Positions 17,486 through 25,480 of a DNA stretch of 34,098 bases are shown here, one piece after another. The DNA is from a virus (taxonomy: Duplodnaviria > Caudoviricetes), in the IMG/VR virus record IMGVR_UViG_3300045018_000072, positions 1 through 34,098 of that record. One strand, written 5' to 3'. The position numbers and the translations under genes were made by a program. The notes under the pieces are model-generated. The model saw only the letters and a list, made by a program, of their open reading frames with translations. It ran no database searches and was not told the origin of the DNA. Position 1 is the first letter of the stretch. Each line of letters begins with the position of its first letter.

Positions 17486-18369
17486 GCCGCGATCCTTCCG
17501 GTCTTGTCCGCGCGCACCAAGATGAGCGTGGCTCTATCGTGCGGGCGGTTCGGTGGGTGCGCGTATTGCCGGCCAGTCTTGGGATCGGTGAATGGCTGCC
17601 CAGGCCGCCGGAGTTGACCATGCAGGCGCAGCGAGTCATCGCCTACGCGGTCGTCGAGCGGGCGAGCCGGGCCGCGCCACGGCTTGCTCTTCGGCCCTCC
17701 CCACGTCGGTCCCTGTGCGTGCTCGTGCCACATGAGCCAGAGGTCCGGGCGGGTCTCCGCGACGGCATCGAGGCTCGCGCGAGTCCCGGCATTGTAGGCG
17801 TGCGAGATCTCCGTGCGCACGATCCGCTCCGCCTTCCATGCCGCGTCAGGCCAGACCTTGGCGCGCTGCAATCGCTCAACGGCGGCCTGTGTGCTCTCTC
17901 CAGTCAGCAGTGAGGTGGCAAGTTCCCGCTCGATATCGCCCACGGTCTGGAGTCCGTAGATCGCCGCACCGCGTCGTGCGCGGTCGGCCTCCACCGCGCG
18001 AAGTATGGTCTGCCGATCCACGATCTTCTGAGCCTCTGGCACGGGCAGCGCCACGTCCTCCGCGCCCCGGAACTCCTGCGCCATGGCCTTGACCTTGGCC
18101 GAAGCGTCCTTGGCCGAACGATCCAGCGCGTCCTCCTTGGCCTTGCCGAGCACTCCGCCCAGATCGCGAGAAAGGCGCGCCATGGACGCCTCGACCTGGG
18201 CGAGCATCGTCCAGTGGGCATCGAGCGTATACCGGCCAGCCGTGCGCGGCATGCGACCGAGGATTTCGTCGCGGGCCCGGGTCAGGGCCTCCAGCATGTC
18301 CCGCTTGGCCGACATGCTCATTGCGTCGAGACGCGCCTGCTGGATCTTCAGCACGTCCGCAAGCGCCAC
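17482..18369 (-). CDS. Head morphogenesis protein (Mu gpF/SPP1 gp7-like)
   Basis: Motifs AERIVRTEISHAYNAG, D.RV..D...LHGQ and HPPNRPHDR. Directly downstream of the portal. Confidence 0.85.
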   Translation of the reverse strand: MALADVLKIQQARLDAMSMSAKRDMLEALTRARDEILGRMPRTAGRYTLDAHWTMLAQVEASMARLSRDLGGVLGKAKEDALDRSAKDASAKVKAMAQEFRGAEDVALPVPEAQKIVDRQTILRAVEADRARRGAAIYGLQTVGDIERELATSLLTGESTQAAVERLQRAKVWPDAAWKAERIVRTEISHAYNAGTRASLDAVAETRPDLWLMWHEHAQGPTWGGPKSKPWRGPARPLDDRVGDDSLRLHGQLRRPGQPFTDPKTGRQYAHPPNRPHDRATLILVRADKTGRIAA

Positions 18370-18370
18370 G

Positions 18371-20320
18371 TCACGCCCCGCTGGTCTTCAGCAGATCTTC
18401 CACGCCCGCGGGATTCTCGCGGGCCTTGGCCTCTGCCGCGTCGGCCAGGGCATGCGCGGCTTGATACTCCATGCCAGCGGCCATGAGCGAGCGCTCGGTC
18501 AACTCGTGCACAAGGGTGAATGGAATCGTGTCCTCTCCCTGGCCGTCGTCTATCCAGACCTCGCCCTCCGGGATCATGTCTGGGTAGACGAGATCGTGGC
18601 CGCCCTGGCTGAAGCGAATCTTGGCGTCCTGTGCCTCGGCATTGCGCACGGCCTCGCCGTCCACAAGCCAGACCTTGACCTCGCCAAACTCGCCCAGGAG
18701 CCTTTTGCGCGGCGCTTCGGGCTCCTGCGGCTCGCCGCCCTCGTAGCCGGGCGCAGCCCGCGTCCCAAGTCCGGCAGAGGCCGCGAATCGATCCGCCTCA
18801 TCCGCAGCCTGCTGCCTGATTGCCGCGATCTCTGCGTCCACGTCCGGGATACCGAGCACCGTTGCGCACTGCCGTATGGCCGTCTCTCGTGACTCCAGAC
18901 CAGCCGCGATGGCCGCGCCGTGCATGGTGATGACGGCCTGCTTCTGTTCCGGGCCCATTTGTACATGCGGAGGCCACTCCACCGTCACATCATCGTCGGC
19001 CGGCGGGGTGAGCCCGACCATTGGGCCGGCCAGCGCCTCGAAGCCCACCTTGCGGCAGAGCCGGATGAACATCTCCGCGAGCCGCTCCATGGCATCGCCA
19101 TACTGCGCCCGCAGCTCGTCGGCCCGGTCCAGCATCGCGGACTGAAGCCGCTCCACTTCCGTCGCCGTGCGCCCGCCCGACGGCTCGATGGTCAGGACGC
19201 AGTGCGTGTTCTCCAGCACCGCGTCGCGCAGCTCGATGGCCCGCTTCGCCGCCGCCTCGCCGCCCGAACCGGCCAATTCGAGGAGCGAGGCATCATCGCC
19301 CGGATCAAGCGTGATCGCAGTCGAGGAGCCGGTGCGCACCGTGGCAGTCGGACGCTTGGACTTGACCACGAGCGTCGGGTCCGCGTTGTAGTGCGTCCCA
19401 CGGAAAGCCTGACTCAGGAGCGCGTCAATGGCGTCGAGATTGTCCCACTGCTGATCGCAGTCTGGCTTGCCGTCAAGCGGGTCGCCAAGGACGACGGAGT
19501 TGCGGACCCAGACGTAGGGTACGAACCCCAGGCCATGCGCCACGGGCTCCCCGAGCAGTGTCCATGCCGCTCCCTTCTGCTCGACGGGAGCCACCATCGC
19601 AACGTCCTCGTCGCGCGTGATGATGCGGCGATACCACTCCAGGCCCTCCTTCCACACTGGCCCGTCTCGCTGCTGCTCGTATCGCCCGAATGGCCTCTTG
19701 TAGAGGACCTCCAGGCTGTCCAGTTCCTCGCTCTCGGGATCTCCGTCCGTCCACTGCGGCGTGCACCACTTCGCATTCAACACGTCGAGCAGCGGTCGCC
19801 CCTTGCGAAGCTTCACGCCGGGCACGACAGAGCCCTGGCTGCCGCCGTAGTCGCGCGCGCTAGACCAGCCGCGCCACCATTGCATCGCCTTGAGGCAGGC
19901 GTCGAGCCATCCCTGTCCGTTCGCGTCTGTCGCGCGGATCGCCGGCGTCCGGGTCTCCCCAAAGAGCAAGCCGGTGAAGCGCTCCACGATGGCATGGCAG
20001 AGCTGCGAGCGAACAAAGGGGCGCCGGTTGTACCAGGGAGTCAAGTCGAGAGGCGTGGAGACGGCCCCGCCAGACAGGACGAATGGCATCCGGACGTCCC
20101 GGTCGTAGTATAGCTGGCCGTCCCAGTTGACCGTCTTCTGATCGTGCTGCGTGCCGCGGAAATACGCCTCGGCGCGGTCCAGGTCGCGGAAGCGAGGCGA
20201 ATCGCCGAAACGACGGTTGCGGTCGAAGAACGCGGCCACGCTGTCGGTCGAGGCGCGGCCGAGGAAAGAGGCGACGCGCATGATTGCCGCGTCGGCGACT
20301 GAACTGCCCCGGATCAGCAC
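18371..20320 (-). CDS. Portal protein (SPP1 gp6-like) with an extra C-terminal HExxE domain
   Basis: 649 aa with AEAYFRG, IVERFTGLLFG, VAHGLGFVPYVWVRN, VTVEWP and GLESRETAI. Lies upstream of MuF and carries a ~110-aa acidic C-terminal extension. Confidence 0.88.
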   Translation of the reverse strand: MLIRGSSVADAAIMRVASFLGRASTDSVAAFFDRNRRFGDSPRFRDLDRAEAYFRGTQHDQKTVNWDGQLYYDRDVRMPFVLSGGAVSTPLDLTPWYNRRPFVRSQLCHAIVERFTGLLFGETRTPAIRATDANGQGWLDACLKAMQWWRGWSSARDYGGSQGSVVPGVKLRKGRPLLDVLNAKWCTPQWTDGDPESEELDSLEVLYKRPFGRYEQQRDGPVWKEGLEWYRRIITRDEDVAMVAPVEQKGAAWTLLGEPVAHGLGFVPYVWVRNSVVLGDPLDGKPDCDQQWDNLDAIDALLSQAFRGTHYNADPTLVVKSKRPTATVRTGSSTAITLDPGDDASLLELAGSGGEAAAKRAIELRDAVLENTHCVLTIEPSGGRTATEVERLQSAMLDRADELRAQYGDAMERLAEMFIRLCRKVGFEALAGPMVGLTPPADDDVTVEWPPHVQMGPEQKQAVITMHGAAIAAGLESRETAIRQCATVLGIPDVDAEIAAIRQQAADEADRFAASAGLGTRAAPGYEGGEPQEPEAPRKRLLGEFGEVKVWLVDGEAVRNAEAQDAKIRFSQGGHDLVYPDMIPEGEVWIDDGQGEDTIPFTLVHELTERSLMAAGMEYQAAHALADAAEAKARENPAGVEDLLKTSGA

Positions 20321-20340
20321 TGGGCCTCCGAGTCAGCCCG

Positions 20341-20757
20341 CTACGGCTCCACGTTCGGCGCCTGGGTCTCGAGGCGTCCGCCATGCGGCCACGTCGAGTC
20401 GATGTGGTCGGCCTGCGACGGCAGCGGGTTGTACTGCACCGCGACCGCCACGACGGCATCCGCCGCGTTGAACGTCAACGTGTGCGCGTCGGGATTGCAC
20501 GCGACCTCGCCCGCCGCAGGGGCCACGCCCGCCGGGATGACCGTGAACGGCCCGGTTGCGCCGCCAGCGGTCACGTACACGATGGGCGTGCTCGCTGGCC
20601 TCCGCGACAGCGTGACCACGTTCGCCACGGCCAGGAGCACCTCTGTCTGCTGCTTGATCATGCCGCGCAGCATGGTGCCGGTGCGCAGCTTGCGCAGGCA
20701 GTCCGCCGCTTCGTTGGGGTCGGAGAAGTTCAGGGCGTATTCGGTCGTGAAGGCCAT
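20341..20757 (-). CDS. Putative virion structural/decoration protein (138 aa)
   Basis: SD GGGAG; Ala/Val/Thr-rich with beta-type composition. First gene behind a putative promoter, ahead of the portal. Confidence 0.55.
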   Translation of the reverse strand: MAFTTEYALNFSDPNEAADCLRKLRTGTMLRGMIKQQTEVLLAVANVVTLSRRPASTPIVYVTAGGATGPFTVIPAGVAPAAGEVACNPDAHTLTFNAADAVVAVAVQYNPLPSQADHIDSTWPHGGRLETQAPNVEP

Positions 20758-20809
20758 CTTCTATCTCCCGACGCGCTCCGGCCCCCGATCCCGCGAGCGC
20801 TTCGGCACA

Positions 20810-20838
20810 AGGATGCGCGCGGCGCCACCCGTTGTCAA
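20810..20838 (-). promoter_or_regulatory. Putative sigma70-type promoter for the head genes
   Basis: TTGACA (20833-20838) - 17 nt - CATCCT (20810-20815), in the intergenic gap. Confidence 0.55.
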
Positions 20839-21881
20839 GGACGCGAGTACCCAAGATGGGGGAGCACAACCCCTGGCCTTTCCAGAACGCGGCGTTGCCG
20901 GGGACGCTGGAACGCGAGCATCTTGCGGCCGTCGTGCGTGCCCCACTCAAGCGCCGCACGGCCCGGCAGGCAAGAGCACAGGAACGGCCCGGCGTCCGCG
21001 AGCTTGACCTGGCCGCCGTCACACCACGCATCGGCGGGCGCGGGTACGTCCAGCACAATCACGTCAGCCTGTTCGTCGAGCCGCCCGAGCACGTCGCGGA
21101 TGTCGGCGGCCCGAGTACGCAGCCAGTGATGCAGGAGCGAGAGCACCAGCACGGCATTCCATCGCCCGGACACATTGGCCCGCAGCCACTCTGCCGCATC
21201 AGCACAGTGCCAGCGGAAGCCAGCAGAGAGGCCGAAGGCCACGGCAAACCGCGCCGCGATGCGCAGCACATGGAGATCCTGGTCAACACAGTCGACGGCG
21301 GAGAAGCCCAGACGCACAAGTTCTCTGCTGAACCGGCCCGTGCACGCGCCGAGATCCAGGGCCGATCCGCAAGACACGCCGAGCCTCTCCAGCCCGTCCC
21401 GCATCGCTCGCACCCGCAGAGAGGAGCGGCGCTGCTGCCAGGCGCCGAACCAGGGGTGCTCGACTTCCTCGTAGAGGGATGCGCCCCCGTAGATCGCCCA
21501 GAGGTCCCGCTCCATGGCGGCCCACATGGGCGAAACCTCGCGGATGTCCACCTGGAGCCATTCACAGCCCTCCGCAATGGCGCGGCTTGCCCTGTGGTGG
21601 CCATCCAGGAGCTCGAATCGGCCGTCGCCGGTGATGCGACAGGGGAGCGCATCCAGGGAGAACGGACCGTTCATGAGCCCGGAGCGGTAGGCGACTACCT
21701 GGGACACGGCCGCGGGATCGCATCCCCATCTATTGGGCAGGCCCTTCGCGTACCAACTGCCCTGCGTGGGCCGACCCGCGAGCACGGCGTCCACAAAGGT
21801 CCGGTGCGGAGTCAAGGCAACGGGCGCACCCGTGTTGAACTCGTAGACCATTGATGCCTGGACGCACAGGATCGTGCCCAT
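20835..21881 (-). CDS. ParB/Srx-like domain fused to a class I SAM-dependent methyltransferase
   Basis: N-terminal FELLDGHHRASRA (ParB-like DGxHR); C-terminal ALDLGACTGRFS, CVDQD and VLVLSLLHHW. Confidence 0.75.
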   Translation of the reverse strand: MGTILCVQASMVYEFNTGAPVALTPHRTFVDAVLAGRPTQGSWYAKGLPNRWGCDPAAVSQVVAYRSGLMNGPFSLDALPCRITGDGRFELLDGHHRASRAIAEGCEWLQVDIREVSPMWAAMERDLWAIYGGASLYEEVEHPWFGAWQQRRSSLRVRAMRDGLERLGVSCGSALDLGACTGRFSRELVRLGFSAVDCVDQDLHVLRIAARFAVAFGLSAGFRWHCADAAEWLRANVSGRWNAVLVLSLLHHWLRTRAADIRDVLGRLDEQADVIVLDVPAPADAWCDGGQVKLADAGPFLCSCLPGRAALEWGTHDGRKMLAFQRPRQRRVLERPGVVLPHLGYSRP

Positions 21882-21885
21882 GGTC

Positions 21886-22527
21886 CTACTTCCACACGAC
21901 GATCACGGGCTGCATCGCGTCGGCATTATGCCGCGTCACCGCTCGGGCATGGAGCACGGCAAGGGCGAAGTGCTGCCATTCCGTGCCCGAGGTTGGAACC
22001 CACGGCCACGGAACTGACCAATCGCCCACCTCGGCCTTCTGCGAGAGCAAGGAGACATAGTAACTATGATAGAAATTGCAGTGATCAAAAACGATGACGC
22101 CGCCTGGCCGCAGTCGCGCGAAGAGGCCCGTCAGGACGCGGAAGCCCTGGACGTTCGACAGGTGATAGAAGACGGCCATGGAGTAGATGATGTCGAACGT
22201 CATGTCGGCGGGCAAGTCCTGGGGCCAGTCCACGCGCAGACACCGCGCAGTCGGGACGTTTGCGGCACAGCGAGCGAGGATGTCCGCCGAGGCGTCGGCG
22301 CAGACGAGCGACTTGCAACGAGGCGCCACGGCCTTGGCGATACGGCCGTCGCCGCAGCCGTAGTCGAGCAGGTCCTTGCCGTGCGGCGGGCCGGCGAGGC
22401 CGCAGACCATATCCGCCGAAGCCACGCCCGAGAGCCAATACTGTTCGTCCGTGGCGTTCGCCCCGCCGTCAATGGCCTTGCGTCCGTGCTCCGCGTGGAG
22501 CCGATTCCATGTCGCGCCGAAGTCCAT
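21886..22527 (-). CDS. Class I SAM-dependent methyltransferase
   Basis: ATG at 22527 is coupled to the upstream TGA. Motifs LLDYGCGDGR, CADAS, FDIIYSMAVFYH and LRPGG. Confidence 0.88.
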   Translation of the reverse strand: MDFGATWNRLHAEHGRKAIDGGANATDEQYWLSGVASADMVCGLAGPPHGKDLLDYGCGDGRIAKAVAPRCKSLVCADASADILARCAANVPTARCLRVDWPQDLPADMTFDIIYSMAVFYHLSNVQGFRVLTGLFARLRPGGVIVFDHCNFYHSYYVSLLSQKAEVGDWSVPWPWVPTSGTEWQHFALAVLHARAVTRHNADAMQPVIVVWK

Positions 22528-23195
22528 CAGGCACCTCTCTTCAGGGCCGCGACGGCCTTGCCAACGAAGCGTCGCGCCCAGTCCTGATCGTAGTGCGCCC
22601 AGGAGCACGTCGGCGAGAGCGGCGGTGCGTCCCAGGGAACAGCGAACACCGGCCATCCGAGCGGCGCAAGCGTATGCACCATCTCGGCTTGGTGCTCCAT
22701 GAGCCTGGCCCGATACTCGCTCTCGCCGTGCACGCGGTATCGCCCCGAATGGTAGAGCACGATGCCGCCACGACCTCCGCTTACTTGCAGTGCGTGGTGG
22801 ACCGCGAGCCAGTCCGCGCGGACATCCTCGACGGAACGCTGCGGCAGGCCCGGATATCGAGCGCGGAAGCCCTTCCAGTCCGGCGTCTCCCATGGCGCGC
22901 CCTCCGGCCGGATGGGGACGCCGTCCACGTCGTAGTAGTGATACATCGCGTCCGCAAACGGAGACCAAAGGACGGCGCCTATGTGCTCCGATTCCGCGGG
23001 CAGATCGCCGAAGTACGAGAAACCGAACGAGCGCAGCGCATCACAGGCGGCCGCGTATCGCTCTGCGCAGTCCCGGTCGCCTGATACGAGCGCGCGCACC
23101 ACGTCAGAGCGGAGATATTGCGTCGCCACACACGGATGCGTCGCGGCCCACGGCAGGCCCACACAGCCAACGGAGAGGAGCGGGCGGTCCGTCAC
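22527..23195 (-). CDS. Hypothetical protein in the glycosyltransferase cassette
   Basis: 222 aa, coupled to both neighbours (GTGA and TGATG overlaps). No motif recognised with confidence. Confidence 0.6.
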   Translation of the reverse strand: MTDRPLLSVGCVGLPWAATHPCVATQYLRSDVVRALVSGDRDCAERYAAACDALRSFGFSYFGDLPAESEHIGAVLWSPFADAMYHYYDVDGVPIRPEGAPWETPDWKGFRARYPGLPQRSVEDVRADWLAVHHALQVSGGRGGIVLYHSGRYRVHGESEYRARLMEHQAEMVHTLAPLGWPVFAVPWDAPPLSPTCSWAHYDQDWARRFVGKAVAALKRGA

Positions 23196-24121
23196 TCCAG
23201 CCCCCTCATGATCGTACCGATCAGCCCGCCTACATGGACGGCTGACCAGCCGCGCGCGAGTTCGCGGGCCACTTCTGCTCGCTTGTCCAGGGCCTCGCGC
23301 GGTTCCTCCGCAAGAGCCCGGAGCCTACAGGCCAGGTCATCCGCCTGGCGCGTCTCGGCAATGTAGGCGCCGTCCTCTCCGCCATGGCCCATGAAGGGCC
23401 GCGCTGGTGATGCCCCGCATGACAGGATCGGGCAGCCCAGGGCCGCCGCGTCCACGACCGCCGCGGAAAAGCCCTCGTGCAATGAGAGCGACGCGAACAC
23501 GTCCAGCGAGTCGTACCACGCTGGCATGTCCTCGGGCCGCAGGAGTATGTCAAGACCCGCGACTTCGAGCGTGACGGCCACGCCCATATCGCGCGCCGTC
23601 GTGATGGCCTCGCGCATCACGCCCACGCCCTTGTGATCCAGCGCGTTATGAGACCAGCCGTTGCTGATCATGCCGACGCGCAGGCCCTCATGGGGCGTCA
23701 CGACCCGCTCCCGCTTCGGGTGCACAGGGTCGGACGGGAACGGATGGAACACGGCATCGGGCCGCACGACCAGAAATCGAATCGACTGCGTGAGCAACCC
23801 GTCCGCCAGGGCCAGGGCAAAGGCGAATGGCTCGCGGTTGTGCCAGGAGTAGTCATCCACTACGTCCGCGAGATACTTGCAGCCGGGCCGCGCGAGCCCG
23901 CGCTGATGCAGCTCGGCCAGAAACCACCAGGACGTGCAGTAGACCACGTCCGCGTGCGGCATGCCCGCATAGTTGGGCTGGTGGCCTTCTCGCAGCGCCG
24001 CAAGCGATGGGATCAAGTAGTGCGTGCTCGCCTCGATGCCGCGCCCCAGGTGCGGAATCACCCGGCGCGCGAACGAATCCAGCGCCCATCCTGGCACGTC
24101 AACGACGAAGACAGCCTTCAT
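23192..24121 (-). CDS. Glycosyltransferase, GT-B fold (GT4-like)
   Basis: HKG, then MPAWYDSLDVFASLSLHEGFSAAVVDAAALGCPIL, the GT4 EX7E-type region (here E-x7-D). Confidence 0.85.
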   Translation of the reverse strand: MKAVFVVDVPGWALDSFARRVIPHLGRGIEASTHYLIPSLAALREGHQPNYAGMPHADVVYCTSWWFLAELHQRGLARPGCKYLADVVDDYSWHNREPFAFALALADGLLTQSIRFLVVRPDAVFHPFPSDPVHPKRERVVTPHEGLRVGMISNGWSHNALDHKGVGVMREAITTARDMGVAVTLEVAGLDILLRPEDMPAWYDSLDVFASLSLHEGFSAAVVDAAALGCPILSCGASPARPFMGHGGEDGAYIAETRQADDLACRLRALAEEPREALDKRAEVARELARGWSAVHVGGLIGTIMRGLE

Positions 24122-25236
24122 GTTCCTCCTGTCAACGCCTCGATCATGCGCGGCAGATCCTCTCGTTGCCAGCGGTCAACGTCCGCGAGGTCGCGGACGC
24201 GACGCACGGCCGCCTGGCGACAGCGCTCGCGGATCGCCGGTGCTCGCGTCGCGATTGAGTTGAGCGCGCCAGCCGCCACGGTCGCCAGATCGCCAAGGTC
24301 TGGCAGGACGAAACTTCCCGTCTCTGGCGTCGCCACATTCCGCACGTCGCCCACGTGCGTCGAAACCACAGGCACGCCGGCGGCGAGAGACTCCCAGACC
24401 ATGCAAGGCGAGCCCTCCGCGAACGAGAGCAGCAAGGTCGCGTCGCAGGCCGAATAGAACGGGCGCATGTCCGCGGTCGGCGGAAGCTCATGTACGCGAT
24501 CCGCGATGCCCAGATTGCGGGCGAGGGTGCGCATCGAGTCTCGACAGTCGGACCAGTAGCGGACGAACTCGGGCGCCTGGCGCTCGTCTACGAGCCCGGC
24601 CAGGGCCAGGTGAGCGTCGAGCCCGAGACGCCGCAAGATCTCGACCGCCGCTACGAGCGTGACCACGCGCTTGCCCCAACAGGCCCGACCTGCATACCCT
24701 ACGATGAAGCCGCGAGCGGGCAGGCCCAGGGCAACGCGCGCCGCCGCCTGACTGAGGGCCGCGAACTCCGCCGCGTCGAAGCGGTTGCGGACGCAGACGA
24801 CGCACTGGCTCGGCACGCCTGCGGCGATGGCCTCGGAGACCTCGTGCTCGGCGATGACCACGACGCGATCCCAGAGAGGCAGCAGATCTGGAGTGAGGAA
24901 CCGCCGCGACCAGGTGCCGAGCGAGTGCAGGACGCAGGACATGTGCCGCACGAGCGGCCGAGCGCGCGGCAGAAGCGGGATAAGCGGCTCCGCGATGTCG
25001 CAGACAAACGCATCTTCAGGCTCCAGGTGGCACGCAAGCCACGCGGTCGTCAGTCCGCGCGCGTCAATGACCCGCACGGACGGCCGCAGCATGCGCTCGA
25101 AGATGCCGCCCGGATGGCAGACCAGGACCGCGATCCGCACGCCCGCATCGGCCAGCGCGTTGATCCACCCCATGGCCGCGCGGTCAGCACCGCCGAGCCC
25201 AAGTGAGAGACAGGCAAACCAGAGGCGGCCGGTCAT
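24118..25236 (-). CDS. Glycosyltransferase family 4
   Basis: ATG at 25236 is coupled to the upstream stop. Motifs LGGADR, GYAGR...KR and SFAEGSPCMVWESLAAGVPVVSTHVGD. Confidence 0.9.
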   Translation of the reverse strand: MTGRLWFACLSLGLGGADRAAMGWINALADAGVRIAVLVCHPGGIFERMLRPSVRVIDARGLTTAWLACHLEPEDAFVCDIAEPLIPLLPRARPLVRHMSCVLHSLGTWSRRFLTPDLLPLWDRVVVIAEHEVSEAIAAGVPSQCVVCVRNRFDAAEFAALSQAAARVALGLPARGFIVGYAGRACWGKRVVTLVAAVEILRRLGLDAHLALAGLVDERQAPEFVRYWSDCRDSMRTLARNLGIADRVHELPPTADMRPFYSACDATLLLSFAEGSPCMVWESLAAGVPVVSTHVGDVRNVATPETGSFVLPDLGDLATVAAGALNSIATRAPAIRERCRQAAVRRVRDLADVDRWQREDLPRMIEALTGGT

Positions 25237-25436
25237 ACTTCGTTCTTGCCCCTTGGTCTCGGCCGCTCCGTTGCTCCCCACCTTGCCCTTGCTGCCTTGT
25301 GCGCTCGCTCGCTCCGCTGCTTCGGCGTGGCCTTGCGCGCGGCGGCCAAGCCGCCCATGCGGGCGAGGTCAGTGACAGTAAGGGGCGGACCGCCTTGAAT
25401 CTCTAATGGCAAGACATGATGGGTGCGGCCCGCCAT
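25233..25436 (-). CDS. Small basic protein with a GG.A.A....(E/Q)RSE.A.KAA.ARW motif (putative nucleic-acid binding)
   Basis: 67 aa; LARMGGLAAARKATPKQRSERAHKAARARW. The stop overlaps the GT4 start. Confidence 0.6.
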   Translation of the reverse strand: MAGRTHHVLPLEIQGGPPLTVTDLARMGGLAAARKATPKQRSERAHKAARARWGATERPRPRGKNEV

Positions 25437-25443
25437 GCCGAGG

Positions 25444-25476
25444 AGGCTACATGCTTGCCGGAACGCTTGTCAAGCG
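25444..25476 (-). promoter_or_regulatory. Putative sigma70-type promoter with a palindrome over the -35 element
   Basis: TTGACA (25468-25473) - 18 nt - TAGCCT (25444-25449). The perfect inverted repeat CGCTTG-A-CAAGCG spans 25464-25476. Confidence 0.55.
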
Positions 25477-25480
25477 CTCT

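Noticed and set aside
22527-23195. Faint resemblance of the 222-aa protein to papain-like DUF1796 proteins
   Set aside because: Only a loose N-terminal S-x-G-C pattern is visible, which is not enough without a profile search.
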